A DNA stretch of 64,000 nucleotides from Octopus vulgaris. Lineage: Eukaryota. The notes beneath the pieces were generated by a model that worked only from the letters and a program-made list of their open reading frames with translations, had not been told where the DNA came from and searched no databases. Position numbers and translations under genes: made by a program. Each line of letters starts with the position of its first letter. Position 1 is the first letter of the stretch. Positions 27,988 to 42,594 of the stretch are shown piece by piece. The stretch covers positions 89,218,001 through 89,282,000 of the forward strand of contig OX597821.1 in NCBI GenBank assembly GCA_951406725.2, given 5' to 3'.

Positions 27988-29689
27988 GTGGATTCATAGA
28001 ACTATATAGAACAATCCACACATACTCGAATACCTTTTCATTGAATTTTCAGATAGCTGCCGATATGCTTTGCTATTTATATTTTCTCATGTTTCATCGA
28101 TTACAAGTGCTTTGAAATGAAAAACGAGAAACTCAAAGTCACAAACGTTTAAGTTACAACATTGAACAAATATACTTTTACCTCAGTAGCGTGTACTCAC
28201 TTTTGTCCTTTATTTTCACACACAAGTGCTTTAAGAAAATGCGGTAACACATATATATATGTATTGCTGGCGCAATTTTACTACAACTTTCAAAGGAGGT
28301 ACTTAGATTGAGAATCGAACACCTTAATTCAATATTGAATAAAGATCAAATAAACTTCTTGAATAATTCCGAAGGATTAAAGATATATAAACACTATACG
28401 ACAGAGTAATGAATTGTTACATATGAAAGACACTGCTAATATGAGATTAAAAGAATGAGGAGAGAGATGGAGATACGCCAAACATTAATGACATGAAGTC
28501 AGCTTATGTTTTAATTACATAAAGATGAACATATCGTATGACATAAAGAAGTTAGAATTAAGAGCTCCAAAGATAAAAAAAAAATAGCATTACGAAGTAC
28601 ATGAAGTTTTTTGAGTAAGAATAATTATTTTCAGCATTAGATTAAAATGAACAGATGTGCCAGTGTGCTTAAGACAACAAGAGAGATATCAGCAAAAAAA
28701 CTAGCTTTTGAAAAAAAAAGTTTGGGAGAATTTGCTAAACAAAAAAAAACAAAAAAATTAAATACGTGGTAAGAATATCACTTGTGACAGACGTCTTTCT
28801 AACGAGGAACAAGATTTTGTACGAAAGATTATTTTCTTTTAAAGACGATTAATACATTGGATATCATGATAAAATGTTGAGTGTTGTGAAAGGCGTATGT
28901 ATATATATATATATATACAGACATACGCACATATAAATCATATATGCATGTACATATTCAACAGTGTGTATGTGGTTGTGTGTGGTCTCTGTGTATATGT
29001 ATAAATGTGTGATATACACATTCATATACACACACACATGTATGTATGTGTGTGTATGTATGTGTTTGTGTCTGTATGCATATATATATATATATATATA
29101 CCTGGTATAAATGTGTGATATACACATTCATATACACACACACATGCATATATATGTGTGTATGTATGTGTTTGTGTCTGTATATATATATATACCCGGT
29201 CAATGTTTTTGTCCCCTGTAAGTGTATCTAAGTATCACCGTACAAATTCAACTGTAGTTATATTTTAATCTAGACTGATAAGATATATGAAATATAAAAC
29301 TGTCGATCCCTAATTGGTATTAGATGCATTTCTGTGTAAATTGAATGTTGGGGTTTATATTTTTAGTATTGATTCAATTTCCAAAAGTTTATCAATGGTC
29401 CGTTTCCAAATGATAAAAAAGTCATTTAGATATCTTTTCCAGTTCTCTCTTATATAATGGTGAAATGGATATCCATATTTTTGCAGTGACACTTCATATA
29501 TGGCAAATTTAAAATATCTCATTATTAGGTTCGCAAGAACAGAGGCTGCCCCTGCTCATGCAGAGAAAGAGGGAATGTGAAAGAAGCTTGTAGTTGAGAA
29601 AAAACTTGGAGATTACTGCTGTTTGGAGATTACTGTGCTCATAGCTTTCTTGTAATGTTGTCTTTTATATTGGAGCTTCGTGTACTAAT

Positions 29690-30990
29690 GTTCGTTATGT
29701 TGAATCATTGATCGAGCTTGCTCGAGCATTTTTAACCCGCCCATGCCACATTCTCGGTCTTGCATCAGTTGAGGGAGGTCTTCGAGGAGGCATCCAGTAT
29801 CGCTGGTGAGTTGATCTACGTACATTGTGTTCGGACGACTTGCTCGAATACAGCCATGCTTTGGCATCCATAGTAATAGGTAACTTGTCAGCTCTTGCTT
29901 AGCTCTCCAGCAATCTCCTACAAAGTGCAAGAGCTTTTCCTTTTTAATGATGGCAACACACATCTCCCTACAACTGTTTGTTGGATGAGTTCTCCAAGTT
30001 AGGTTTAAGGCTACGCTTAACATTCGGGTATATGTTCCATCTAGCTCAGATTCCAGTTTTTAGTTCGTTTTTCTTTTTTTTTGTAATCATCCAAGATGTT
30101 GCTCCATGTAAAAGGACTAACTCTCTCTACTGTGGCACGGAAAAAATTCTCTTAATGTTGTCAAATGGGGTTGATTTCCAGACAACATCCAGCTTGTTTA
30201 GAACCTACCCTGCTTTGGCTGTCCGAGATTGTAAATCCTTCTCAGTTGATGCTATCTAAGAACCGAGGTATATGAAATTATTAACTTGATTTTGGGAATT
30301 TCCGATATTGTTGGTGATAGATCATTGTTGATTGTGAGCAAAGAATTTCGCTTTACTGAGTTTAACAAGTAGTCCAGCATCCTTTACAGTCTTTGAAGTA
30401 ATTGGATGGAATTTGATATTGTATCAAATTTCAAAGCTAAATCTTCAGCAAAATCTACATTGGTTATTTTTTGAGCTGGATGTCCTATCGTTATATTTTT
30501 CATGGGCGTGAAACCTAGACTATTTTAGATTATCAAAAGATGCTCTGAGGACATAATCCAGAGTGACCACAATGAGAAAAGGTGCCAATGTATCTCCCTG
30601 ATATCCTTCGGCTCTGATATAAAAAAAAAAACTTATATCTCCATCTGGGACCTTACCATTGATTAGGTGTTGTGATAGAGTATCCTAATTGCTGCTTATG
30701 GTATCTCAGGGATACCATGAGCCTGTAGTGCTTTCTCCATTTTACTACGGTGGGTAGAGTCCAAAGCCTTTGAGAAATCAACAAACTAATACTGATTCAA
30801 GATTTCTGGTTTCACTGCTTCTTCTAGAAGATGAATTGTAAGTATTTGTCTCGACAGCTGATCTATTTTTTCTGAAGCCATTTTGATTTCTCAAAACTTT
30901 CCCAATTTTAGCTCGCATCCTGTTCAGTAGCAGTTGAATTATAACGTTTTGCAGCGATAGCTGTAACCGTGACGCCTTTGTCGTTCTGTA
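29690..30990 (-). mobile_element. RTE-clade LINE remnant (RT and C-terminus)
   Basis: NQNGFRKNRS; DFSKA; GDTLAPFLIVVTLDYVLR; LHFVGDCWRAKQELTSYLLLWMPKHG...YVDQL. Frameshifted. Confidence 0.85.
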
Positions 30991-31016
30991 CTTCTCTGTT
31001 GAATTAGTTACTGTCA

Positions 31017-31057
<41 letters not shown>

Positions 31058-31338
31058 CTGTGTATGTATGTATGTATGTGTCTGGTGTGTGTATGTGTTC
31101 CTGTGCATATGTGTATTTACAGCAATTATTTTTCACTCGCCATCACACGCTGTTACACCGATTACATAGCAATGCCACAATCTTTCCAATCCACATACAT
31201 TCATTATTCTATATCCCTGTATATTTACAGCAGATAAGAACTGTACTTATAAATTCTAGATAATATTCATAGAAATTTCAACTGCATTTTCGAAGCTGTA
31301 CAGTTTGCCAAGATTTCCAGTATACGAATGATATAGCA

Positions 31339-31746
31339 TTTACTCTTTTACTCTTTTACTTGTTTCAGTCATTTGACTGCGGCCATGCTGGAGCACCGCC
31401 TTTAGTCGAGCAAATCGACCCCGGGACTTATTCCTTGGAAACCCAGTACTTATTCTATTGGTCATTTTTGCCGAACCTCTAAGTAACGGGGACATAAACA
31501 CACCAGCGGTTGTCAAGCAATGCTAGGGGGACAAACACAGACACACAAACATACACAGACATATATATATATATACATATATATGACGGGCTTCTTTCAG
31601 TTTCCGTCTACCAAATCCACTCACAAGGCTTTGGTCGGCCCGAGGCTATAGTAGAAGACACTTGCCCAAGGTGCCACGCAGTGGGACTGAACCCGGAACC
31701 ATGTGGTCGGTAAACAAGCTACTTACCACACAGCCACTCCTTCGCC
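31339..31746 (-). mobile_element. SINE family A, full-length copy
   Basis: Reverse complement of family A. Confidence 0.92.
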
Positions 31747-32099
31747 TATTTGTCTTTATCATTTAATGAACCACTACTGGTGGTATTCTAAGTTGTAATG
31801 TAATTATACAATTTTCTTCGAGTAAATACAAATTGTTTATTATTATGTATGGAGTCATTTTTAAGTAGATATTCCTCTTATATTTCCTTATTTTGTCAGA
31901 CCTTCTCTGTAAACTAAATATACTATCTACAGAATGAAGAATTACTCTTTAGATTTTAAAATTAAAGCATTAAAATAGCTCCACAAAACATCTCAAAAAA
32001 AGAATTTAATTGCGATGTACGATTTTTATAAAAGGATCTCCCGGACGCTGTTTGTCGTATTCTTCATAAAGATGATAAGGTCTTAAAAATTCTGATATT

Positions 32100-33040
32100 T
32101 GAATTTAAACCCAGAAGCTTCTACTTCACAAGAAAATTCTTGATTCTTTTTTTAAAGAGATATATTTGGAATAGCCAAAATCATCAAATTAAGAAATAAA
32201 TAAATAGAATCACCTTCCAACATAACCTGACAACGAATGTGAGAAACACCTGACATTTAATTATACCATCTTAATCAATTCTGCAAAAACCAAAACCATA
32301 TACATACATGAAATTAACTACAATTCTTAAAACAGATTTTTAACTAACATTATTACTAACGCTTTTGAAATCTAATAGCAACTCATTCCCCATTAACTTC
32401 GAAGCTAAATTGTATTACTTCCAAACAATGCATGTCAAAGAGAGTAGAAATTTAGGCTTTAAAAATACGCTACGTTACTTTAAATTATCACAATAGTACC
32501 TTTTTAAAGTCTATTCACAAATTTCACTTTATCTGGATTAAATCTGATATTATTGGGATATTATTGATAAACATGTCCTTACCACCAAAATTCAAAATAA
32601 TCGAAGTTTTTATGCGTTGGAATAATAGCATCTCCGCCATGAAATAGTTTTAAAGCATGCATAAGGAGTACGCCCACATTTCCACTCAATTTATCAAAAC
32701 TGGCTAATAAACCATCAATAATTAAACTGTTTGAATCAATAAAATTTGCTGAAATCCCTTTCTCCCATCGCAGAAATTGACACAAATATGATATTGCATG
32801 ATAGAGAATCTATTCTCTTCAGTAGCAACATTTAGGTTTAAAAAAGAAAAAAGAAAAATAACGTTTTCAATGATGCTATGGAAGCAAGAGCCTCTAATTT
32901 AAACGCTTAATATATCATTCATCTCATCAGTGCTAAATTTAATATCATAGATAGTGGATTATGTTATGACGATGGCTTACTAATTTCAAAACACCTCAGC
33001 AGAGAATAGGCAGACAATTGCAGGAAAAAATTACTTTCTG
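32100..33040 (+). pseudogene. Highly decayed Penelope-like reverse transcriptase
   Basis: LINSAKT (cf. LINPAK); MILHDRESILFSS..VKK...AMGS; GLCYDDGLLISKHLSRE.ADNCRKKL (cf. GLYRDDGL). Confidence 0.6.
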
Positions 33041-33917
33041 TAACAAACTATATTGTAATAATTTCCTATTCCATTTTAAGACCAAATGGTGCATATCATA
33101 TATAGGCTGCCGTTTTATGGAAAGTTAGCAACACTTTTTTTTCTATCTCATATACTTAAGCATCCTTTAACAATGTAGTGAGCTGGCATGTTAATTATTC
33201 TAGTATGAAGTGGTTTAAAGAAGAAAAAATGATATTTTCAGTTCATGAAAGACAAAAAATGCTAAAAGACGGATAGTAAGGTAAAGTACCTCCATCGACA
33301 AAATTTTTCTATATCTAGATATCTTCCAATTTCCTATAAACAATAAGTATTAAAAAAAAAAACATTTCAACAAAATTCATTTAAACTTAGATATTGCACA
33401 ACACGTAATTTATCTAAAACCACTTCCTCAATTAACAATTAATAAATTACAGATGAAATGAATTTTTCCAACCAAAAATTTGTAAATTGTCATACACCCA
33501 ATTCTTTTACGGTTTGGTGCAAATACCTTGCGAAATCGACCATATATTTAGCGACTGTAATCGAGCAATCTCCCAATCGAATTCGAATGCGTTCATTTAT
33601 ACAAGAAATTATGCACAAATATTTTCTGCATTAGTGGATGAAAGAGTAATTATAAAATTCTGAATCGTAATGTAATCATGTAACATTCAGTTTCGAATAT
33701 ACGTATGTGCATGTGGACGCGAGTGTGATTATGTATGTATGCATGTGTGTATGCGTTGTATGTGTGTGTGTGCATACACACAAACGTATACATATATATG
33801 ATACATGTATATATGTATATATATGTACACATAGATATATATACATATATATATATATTTATATATATATAGACATATATATATATACACACAGAGACAT
33901 ATATATACATATATATT

Positions 33918-33959
<42 letters not shown>

Positions 33960-33960
33960 C

Positions 33961-34008
<48 letters not shown>

Positions 34009-34024
34009 ACACACACATATATAC

Positions 34025-34102
<78 letters not shown>

Positions 34103-34104
<2 letters not shown>

Positions 34105-35050
34105 CCAACACATAGATACTTGCGCCAACAAAAAAACACCAAACTTCAGGATTTTCCCCCTCTACCAATTTAGGGACGATACAACCTCGAGACAACGAAT
34201 AAGTAAAGAAAATTTCTTTATTACAAAATACAGGCCACTTCTTAACGGGTCTACGACAAACAATCAATATACCTCAACTTTAGAATAAAAGAAATATATA
34301 CACACACAAATATTACACTCCATAGAATCCATTACTAATCAGCCCCATCACAGCTATACTTTCACCCATTCATATTCTCCCTTCTCTGTTTTTTTCTTCT
34401 TCTTCCTCTTCTTCTTCATCATCATCATTATCATCATCATCGTCGTCATCATCATCACCACCATCATCACCATCATCTGCTCCTTCTCCTTCTTCTTCTT
34501 CTTCTTCTTCTTCTTCTTCTTCTTCTTCTTCTTCTTCATCATCATCATCATCATCAACATCGTCATCTTCTTCTTCTTCTTCTACTTCTCCACCTTCTAC
34601 CCCTTAACCTTGTCACTAATGTCTTTCAGTATAACGCCTACGCAAATTCCATAAACAATTCCTGAATTGAACTGCGACTGCTGTCAGCCACTGACCATTC
34701 AAAATACGACCATCAAGGCATTCCCAGATTTCCCCACCCCCTCTCCACATCAGCCTCCTTATTCTTCACCTACCCTACCAAGAACTCACAACGACCTCGA
34801 ACACACAAGTGCAAACAAGGGAGTCAGAGAAAGGCAAAATGCTACTTATATCTGAACACTACTATAGAAATATTCTTTTAAAAAAACTTTTCTTCTAATT
34901 TTTCTAAATTTAATTATTTAATTGTTACAGTTGAAAAGGTCTCAAAATGACTGAAACCGGTACTGAAAGATTCACTATAAAATTATCTTAGCATTTTCTA
35001 TTTTTGACTTGTTTTTTCATATATATCAACTCGTGTGTTCCTTTCCACCC
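34103..35050 (+). mobile_element. 3' end of a Penelope-like element (GIY-YIG C-terminus + 3' UTR/pLTR with hammerhead), between (TA)n tracts
   Basis: 34103-34288 translates [48 protein letters not shown]...stop. Hammerhead-like motif at 34925-34968. Confidence 0.75.
34925..34968 (+). ncRNA. Minimal type I hammerhead-like motif with U3:A8 core variant
   Basis: ttacag-TTGAAAA-ggtc(tcaaaat)gact-GAAA-ccgg-TA-ctgaaa. Palindromic stem III ACCGGT and a GUA triplet. Confidence 0.6.
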
Positions 35051-35054
35051 TTAT

Positions 35055-35121
<67 letters not shown>

Positions 35122-35414
35122 CATATATATATGTATATAAACACACACACATATATACATACACACACACACAAATGTATATATACTCGCAGAAAGTGAG
35201 AGTTAAAAGCTCTGCATACATGTCTGAAGATAATTTCATAATACGGAATAGTTTCTTATATATATAGAGAGAGAGATACGCGTACAAAGACTAAGAGAAA
35301 ACATGTCAACAAGAAGCCAGACTGACATAATCCTCGTCGTAGGTGCAGTAATGATGACATAAAAAGTGTGTGCAGTGGTGGCTATGAAAATGATAAGTTC
35401 ATCGATTATTTTTT

Positions 35415-35604
35415 CTTCTTTTACTTCTTTCAGTCATTAGATTGCAGCCGTGCTAGGGCACCGTCTTGAAGTTTTAGCCAAATTAATCGACCCTAGTACT
35501 TCTTTTTTAAGCCTGGTACTTATTCCATTGATTATTTTTGCCGAACTGCTAGATGGCGAGGTCGCAAACACACCAACGCCGGTTGTCAAGCGTTGGTGGG
35601 GGGA

Positions 35605-35640
<36 letters not shown>
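35415..35640 (-). mobile_element. SINE family A, 3' half (old copy; partner of 39968-40108)
   Basis: tttcagtcattagattgcagccgtgctagggcaccg...ccggttgtcaagcg...ggggacaaacacac. Confidence 0.8.
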
Positions 35641-35669
35641 CGTGTATATATATATATCTGTAAATGTAA

Positions 35670-36420
<751 letters not shown>

Positions 36421-37091
36421 TTTATATTATACATGCAGAGGCATTATACTAAAAACTTTTCCTCTCCCACGAATGCAATTTTTCAGTAAACATTTAAAAA
36501 AAGTATTGCATTTGACCGGATGAATGATATGTAAACTCACCCATGTGCTTCGTTGATGTTGAACAGTTAGCTGATCGACTTAAGCGAGCAGTCGTTGTTT
36601 ATTTATAATGCATTCGAACCTGCTATTAGACTGTAAGTATGAAATCACTGTGATACAGGTCTATATTTTTAAATGTCTTACTTTGAAAAATTGCATTCGG
36701 TGGGATTAGTAATATTTTGGTAGAAATGACTAATTGTCCCTCTTAGCGTTTGGAATGTATGTATAATCCTTCTGGCATGTATGTATAATGCCCTCTATAT
36801 ATAAATTAATATGTTCAATAAGAAATAATTATTTTCGAAATTTTTTATCTTATGAGGTTTTTACGCTATCTACCTGACAATTTCTTGTTAAGTTTTCCTT
36901 ATTAAGTAGTTGTCCTTAATTGCTAAATTTTTATTCCGAAAAAACTTTTCCTCTCCCGAAATGCAATTCGTAAAAGTTTGCCATTTGACCGGATGTAATA
37001 TATGTAAACTCACCCATGTGCTTCGTTGATGTTGAACAGTTAGCTGATCGACTTAAGCGGGGCAGGGTCGTTGTTTATTTATAATGCATTC

Positions 37092-37139
37092 AGGCCTGCT
37101 GATGAGTACGTAAGTATGAAATCACTGTGATACAGGTCT
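37092..37139 (+). ncRNA. Type I hammerhead ribozyme (array copy 1)
   Basis: aggcctg-CTGATGA-gtac(gtaa)gtat-GAAA-tcac t gtga-TA-caggtct. Stem I is 7 bp, stem II is 4 bp with a GNRA loop, stem III is near-palindromic, and the triplet is AUA. Predicted cut after 37132. Confidence 0.9.
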
Positions 37140-37571
37140 ATATTTTTTAAATGTCTTACTTTGAAAAATTGCATTCGGTGGGATTAGTAATATTTTTGGT
37201 AGAAATGACTAATTGTCCCTCTTAGCGTTTGGCATGTATGTATAATGCCTTCTGGCATGTATGTATAATGCCCTCTATATATAAATTAATATGTTCAATA
37301 AGAAATAATTATTTTCGAAATTTTTTCTCTTATGAGGTTTTTACGCTATCTACCTGACAATTTCTTGTTAAGTTTTCCTTATTAAGTAGTTGTCCTTAAT
37401 TGCTAAATTTTTATTCCGAAAAAACTTTTCCTCTCCCGAAATGCAATTCGTAAAAGTTTGCCATTTGACCGGATGTAATATATGTAAACTCACCCATGTG
37501 CTTCGTTGATGTTGAACAGTTAGCTGATCGACTTAAGCGGGGCAGGGTCGTTGTTTATTTATAATGCATTC

Positions 37572-37619
37572 AGGCCTGCTGATGAGTACGTAAGTATGAA
37601 ATCACTGTGATACAGGTCT
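37572..37619 (+). ncRNA. Type I hammerhead ribozyme (array copy 2)
   Basis: Identical motif; predicted cut after 37612. Confidence 0.9.
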
Positions 37620-38052
37620 ATATTTTTTAAATGTCTTACTTTGAAAAATTGCATTCGGTGGGATTAGTAATATTTTTGGTAGAAATGACTAATTGTCCCT
37701 CTTAGCGTTTGGCATGTATGTATAATGCCTTCTGGCATGTATGTATAATGCCCTCTATATATAAATTAATATGTTCAATAAGAAATAATTATTTTCGAAA
37801 TTTTTTCTCTTATGAGGTTTTTACGCTATCTACCTGACAATTTCTTGTTAAGTTTTCCTTATTAAGTAGTTGTCCTTAATTGCTAAATTTTTATTCCGAA
37901 AAAAACTTTTCCTCTCCCGAAATGCAATTCGTAAAAGTTTGCCATTTGACCGGATGTAATATATGTAAACTCACCCATGTGCTTCGTTGATGTTGAACAG
38001 TTAGCTGATCGACTTAAGCGGGGCAGGGTCGTTGTTTATTTATAATGCATTC

Positions 38053-38100
38053 AGGCCTGCTGATGAGTACGTAAGTATGAAATCACTGTGATACAGGTCT
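38053..38100 (+). ncRNA. Type I hammerhead ribozyme (array copy 3)
   Basis: Identical motif; predicted cut after 38093. Confidence 0.9.
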
Positions 38101-38531
38101 ATATTTTTTAAATGTCTTACTTTGAAAAATTGCATTCGGTGGGATTAGTAATATTTTGGTAGAAATGACTAATTGTCCCTCTTAGCGTTTGGCATGTATG
38201 TATAATGCCTTCTGGCATGTATGTATAATGCCCTCTATATATAAATTAATATGTTCAATAAGAAATAATTATTTTCGAAATTTTTTCTCTTATGAGGTTT
38301 TTACGCTATCTACCTGACAATTTCTTGTTAAGTTTTCCTTATTAAGTAGTTGTCCTTAATTGCTAAATTTTTATTCCGAAAAAACTTTTCCTCTCCCGAA
38401 ATGCAATTCGTAAAAGTTTGCCATTTGACCGGATGTAATATATGTAAACTCACCCATGTGCTTCGTTGATGTTGAACAGTTAGCTGATCGACTTAAGCGG
38501 GGCAGGGTCGTTGTTTATTTATAATGCATTC

Positions 38532-38579
38532 AGGCCTGCTGATGAGTACGTAAGTATGAAATCACTGTGATACAGGTCT
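38532..38579 (+). ncRNA. Type I hammerhead ribozyme (array copy 4)
   Basis: Identical motif; predicted cut after 38572. Confidence 0.9.
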
Positions 38580-39012
38580 ATATTTTTTAAATGTCTTACT
38601 TTGAAAAATTGCATTCGGTGGGATTAGTAATATTTTTGGTAGAAATGACTAATTGTCCCTCTTAGCGTTTGGCATGTATGTATAATGCCTTCTGGCATGT
38701 ATGTATAATGCCCTCTATATATAAATTAATATGTTCAATAAGAAATAATTATTTTCGAAATTTTTTTCTCTTATGAGGTTTTTACGCTATCTACCTGACA
38801 ATTTCTTGTTAAGTTTTCCTTATTAAGTAGTTGTCCTTAATTGCTAAATTTTTATTCCGAAAAAACTTTTCCTCTCCCGAAATGCAATTCGTAAAAGTTT
38901 GCCATTTGACCGGATGTAATATATGTAAACTCACCCATGTGCTTCGTTGATGTTGAACAGTTAGCTGATCGACTTAAGCGGGGCAGGGTCGTTGTTTATT
39001 TATAATGCATTC

Positions 39013-39060
39013 AGGCCTGCTGATGAGTACGTAAGTATGAAATCACTGTGATACAGGTCT
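39013..39060 (+). ncRNA. Type I hammerhead ribozyme (array copy 5)
   Basis: Identical motif; predicted cut after 39053. Confidence 0.9.
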
Positions 39061-39492
39061 ATATTTTTTAAATGTCTTACTTTGAAAAATTGCATTCGGT
39101 GGGATTAGTAATATTTTTGGTAGAAATGACTAATTGTCCCTCTTAGCGTTTGGCATGTATGTATAATGCCTTCTGGCATGTATGTATAATGCCCTCTATA
39201 TATAAATTAATATGTTCAATAAGAAATAATTATTTTCGAAATTTTTTCTCTTATGAGGTTTTTACGCTATCTACCTGACAATTTCTTGTTAAGTTTTCCT
39301 TATTAAGTAGTTGTCCTTAATTGCTAAATTTTTATTCCGAAAAAACTTTTCCTCTCCCGAAATGCAATTCGTAAAAGTTTGCCATTTGACCGGATGTAAT
39401 ATATGTAAACTCACCCATGTGCTTCGTTGATGTTGAACAGTTAGCTGATCGACTTAAGCGGGGCAGGGTCGTTGTTTATTTATAATGCATTC

Positions 39493-39540
39493 AGGCCTGC
39501 TGATGAGTACGTAAGTATGAAATCACTGTGATACAGGTCT
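39493..39540 (+). ncRNA. Type I hammerhead ribozyme (array copy 6)
   Basis: Identical motif; predicted cut after 39533. Confidence 0.9.
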
Positions 39541-39819
39541 ATATTTTTTAAATGTCTTACTTTGAAAAATTGCATTCGGTGGGATTAGTAATATTTTTGG
39601 TAGAAATGACTAATTGTCCCTCTTAGCATGTATGTATAATGCCTTCTGGCATGTATGTATAATGCCTTCTGGCATGTATGTATAATGCCCTCTATATATA
39701 AATTAATATGTTCAATAAGAAATAATTATTTTCGAAATTTTTTCTCTTATGAGGTTTTTACGCTATCTACCTGACAATTTCTTGTTAAGTTTTCCTTATT
39801 AAGTAGTTGTCCTTAATTG

Positions 39820-39950
<131 letters not shown>

Positions 39951-39967
39951 TATATGTATATGTATAT

Positions 39968-40108
39968 ATACGACAAGCTTCTTTCAGTTTCTGACCACCA
40001 AATCCACTCACAAGGCTTTGGTCAGCCCGACGCTATAATAGGAGACACCTGCCCAAAATTCCACGTAGTGGGCTTGAACCCGAAACCATGTGGCTGGGAA
40101 GTAAGCTT
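39968..40108 (-). mobile_element. SINE family A, 5' half (old copy; partner of 35415-35640)
   Basis: cttctttcagtttc...aaatccactcacaaggctttgg...aaccatgtgg...cttaccacacagccacgcct. Confidence 0.82.
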
Positions 40109-40427
40109 CTTACCACACAGCCACGCCTTCATGATGAAGATAATAATAACGAAGACGTTAGTAGCGATTAATGTGCAGACGGTAGTAGTGACACCGATGA
40201 CGGCGATAAGTGAAGAGCAGCAGTGATGAGGATGAAGTTTAAGATGAAGATAATGATCATGATGAAGATGGTGATGATGATGGCTCTAAGATGGAAGTAA
40301 CGGTGCTGGATAAAGAAGATGAAGGTTGTGGGGTTTGTAATGGCGATGACTATGGAGCAAGTGGTTGTGCTGATGATAAGTGGGATAGAGATGGAGAGGA
40401 AGGGGAAAGATGACATTAATAATGATA

Positions 40428-40850
40428 ACTGTGCTCAAGGTTTTCTTTTTGGGGAGAAAAAAAAATAAAATAAAAATAAAAATAAAAAATAAAAAAGGGG
40501 TAGGTTTTGATCAAAAGGGATCGTAAAAAGAAAGAAAAAAAACATCAATAGGGACCGTGTATCACAGAAATGTCATTATGTAAAATGTAAAGGGGGAAGC
40601 AGATAAGGTTTATCCGTGTAAAGAAAAGCTTACGGAAAAGACCACGGTAACCACGGTCAATAATGTCACATGTTAACACATTTATTTGCAAGTAAGTAAC
40701 TCTCTGTTTTTAATTTTTCCGGGTTAATAGGTTTATGCTTAAGGTGGATTCGTCATTCATACGTGCCATTCTGGCTACATTCACCCATCTTTTTTTAAAA
40801 CATTCGATAGACAAAACTTGCCTCTCTACTCTCACTTTCTTTTTCAGATA
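40428..40850 (-). mobile_element. 3' terminus of an L1/Tx1-like LINE (ORF2 last residues + 3' UTR)
   Basis: YLKKKVRVERQVLSIECFKKRWVNVARM resembles the C-terminus of the 55790-57100 LINE (FHLIRKIRMEMEMLPYNHFVGRWLRMA). Confidence 0.6.
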
Positions 40851-40864
40851 GGTGGATGTTCTTA

Positions 40865-41125
40865 TATGTATACGTGTGAGCGCGCGTGTGTGTATCTTTG
40901 TGTTTGTATTTGCCTCTCGCCCACTGCTTGACAACTGGAGTTTATTTGGTTACTTCCTCGCAACTTAGTTCTTCGGCAAAAGAATCCATCACACCAAGTA
41001 CCAGGCTTAAGATAAAAAAAAACAAAAGTGCTGGTGTCAATCTTTTTGACTAAAATCCTTCACGGGCGGTGCCTCTGAATGGCTGCAGTCTAATGACTGA
41101 AACAAGTAAAATATAAAAGAGAAAA
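40865..41125 (+). mobile_element. SINE family A, 3' half (diverged)
   Basis: ctgcttgacaactgg...ttcggcaaaaga...ggctgcagtctaatgactgaaacaagtaaaa. Confidence 0.75.
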
Positions 41126-41493
41126 ATAAAAGGTAAGTCGAGTTTCTCAAGATAAACAATTTTCTCCGGACAAGTCTTGGCATGACACACAAGCTGCAAT
41201 GACTGGAAAGGCGAAACGCTTATAGAACATTCTATATCTACTAATAAATTTTAGTTAAACAGTATAATTGGAATATCTGTCATATTTATTTTGTATACCG
41301 TGTGTACACTAGTTACGTAATGAAGTCTGTCAAAACGTCTCTGTGTACGAGTGTAATAAAAAAAAAACGATGCGTCTGATAAGGAAGATGGTGCGAAAAT
41401 TCCATATGGATTAGAATCTGTGTCTCACTGTCTCTCCATACTCGTGTGTGTAGTTGCGTGTCTTTATATGTGTATATGTGTGTAATTATCAAT

Positions 41494-41546
<53 letters not shown>

Positions 41547-42134
41547 GTATGTATGTATGTATGTATGTATGTATGTATGTATGTATATATATATAGACAA
41601 AACACAGGGACACATAACAACACACGCAAACATATTTATATATATATAGATAGATAGATAGATAGGTAAATGCGGTGTGTGCGTAAATGTGCATGTGTTT
41701 CTGTGACTGTATGCTTGGTTCCAACAATATATTCCATTTCATAGCCCACTTATCACATTTATGTAATCTTCAAGCTTCAGTGCATTTTGGCATATTTCTA
41801 TTCGTATATACTTTAGTTCATATCTGCTCTAGGCCATTCCTCGTGTTGTGCAATATAAAATAAATTTAAACACATCTATCTATCTGTCTATCAATCTCTC
41901 TCTCTCTCTCTCTCTGAATATATGTATGTGTGTGTGTGTGTGTGTGTGTATGCATGTGTATGTATATATATATGTGTATATGCATGTATATGTGTATATA
42001 TGTAAAAGCAGAAATATACTTTTAAATCGTAAAAGGGTGTACGTATAGCTGCATATACGTACACACTTTTTCGACTATGGGGACGTCTATGTATATATAT
42101 ATATATATTCGTGTATATCTATCTAATCTATCAC

Positions 42135-42174
<40 letters not shown>

Positions 42175-42214
42175 CGTGTGTGTGTGTATGTATGTGTGTA
42201 TGTGTATGTATGTA

Positions 42215-42253
<39 letters not shown>

Positions 42254-42594
42254 ATATATATATATAAATGTATATATGTATATATAATTATATACCTAAT
42301 AAAATATCAATTTTATTTAAGTGGAGATATATTTACAAACTCATCCACACTCACTCAAAAATACATGCACACAGGCACACTTACATAGACATTGACAAAT
42401 AAAAGCTATATTTTATTGAAAATTGTAAAATTCTTCCAAAAATATAGATATTCGTTTATGTATGCCAATGTATGTTGTGTGCATGAGACTATATTTTGTA
42501 AGCAAGCATATATATACGTATGAGTGTATGTATGCTTTTGTGTATGTGTGTGTATGTAAAGATCTGCGTATATCTCTCTCTCTCTATATATATA

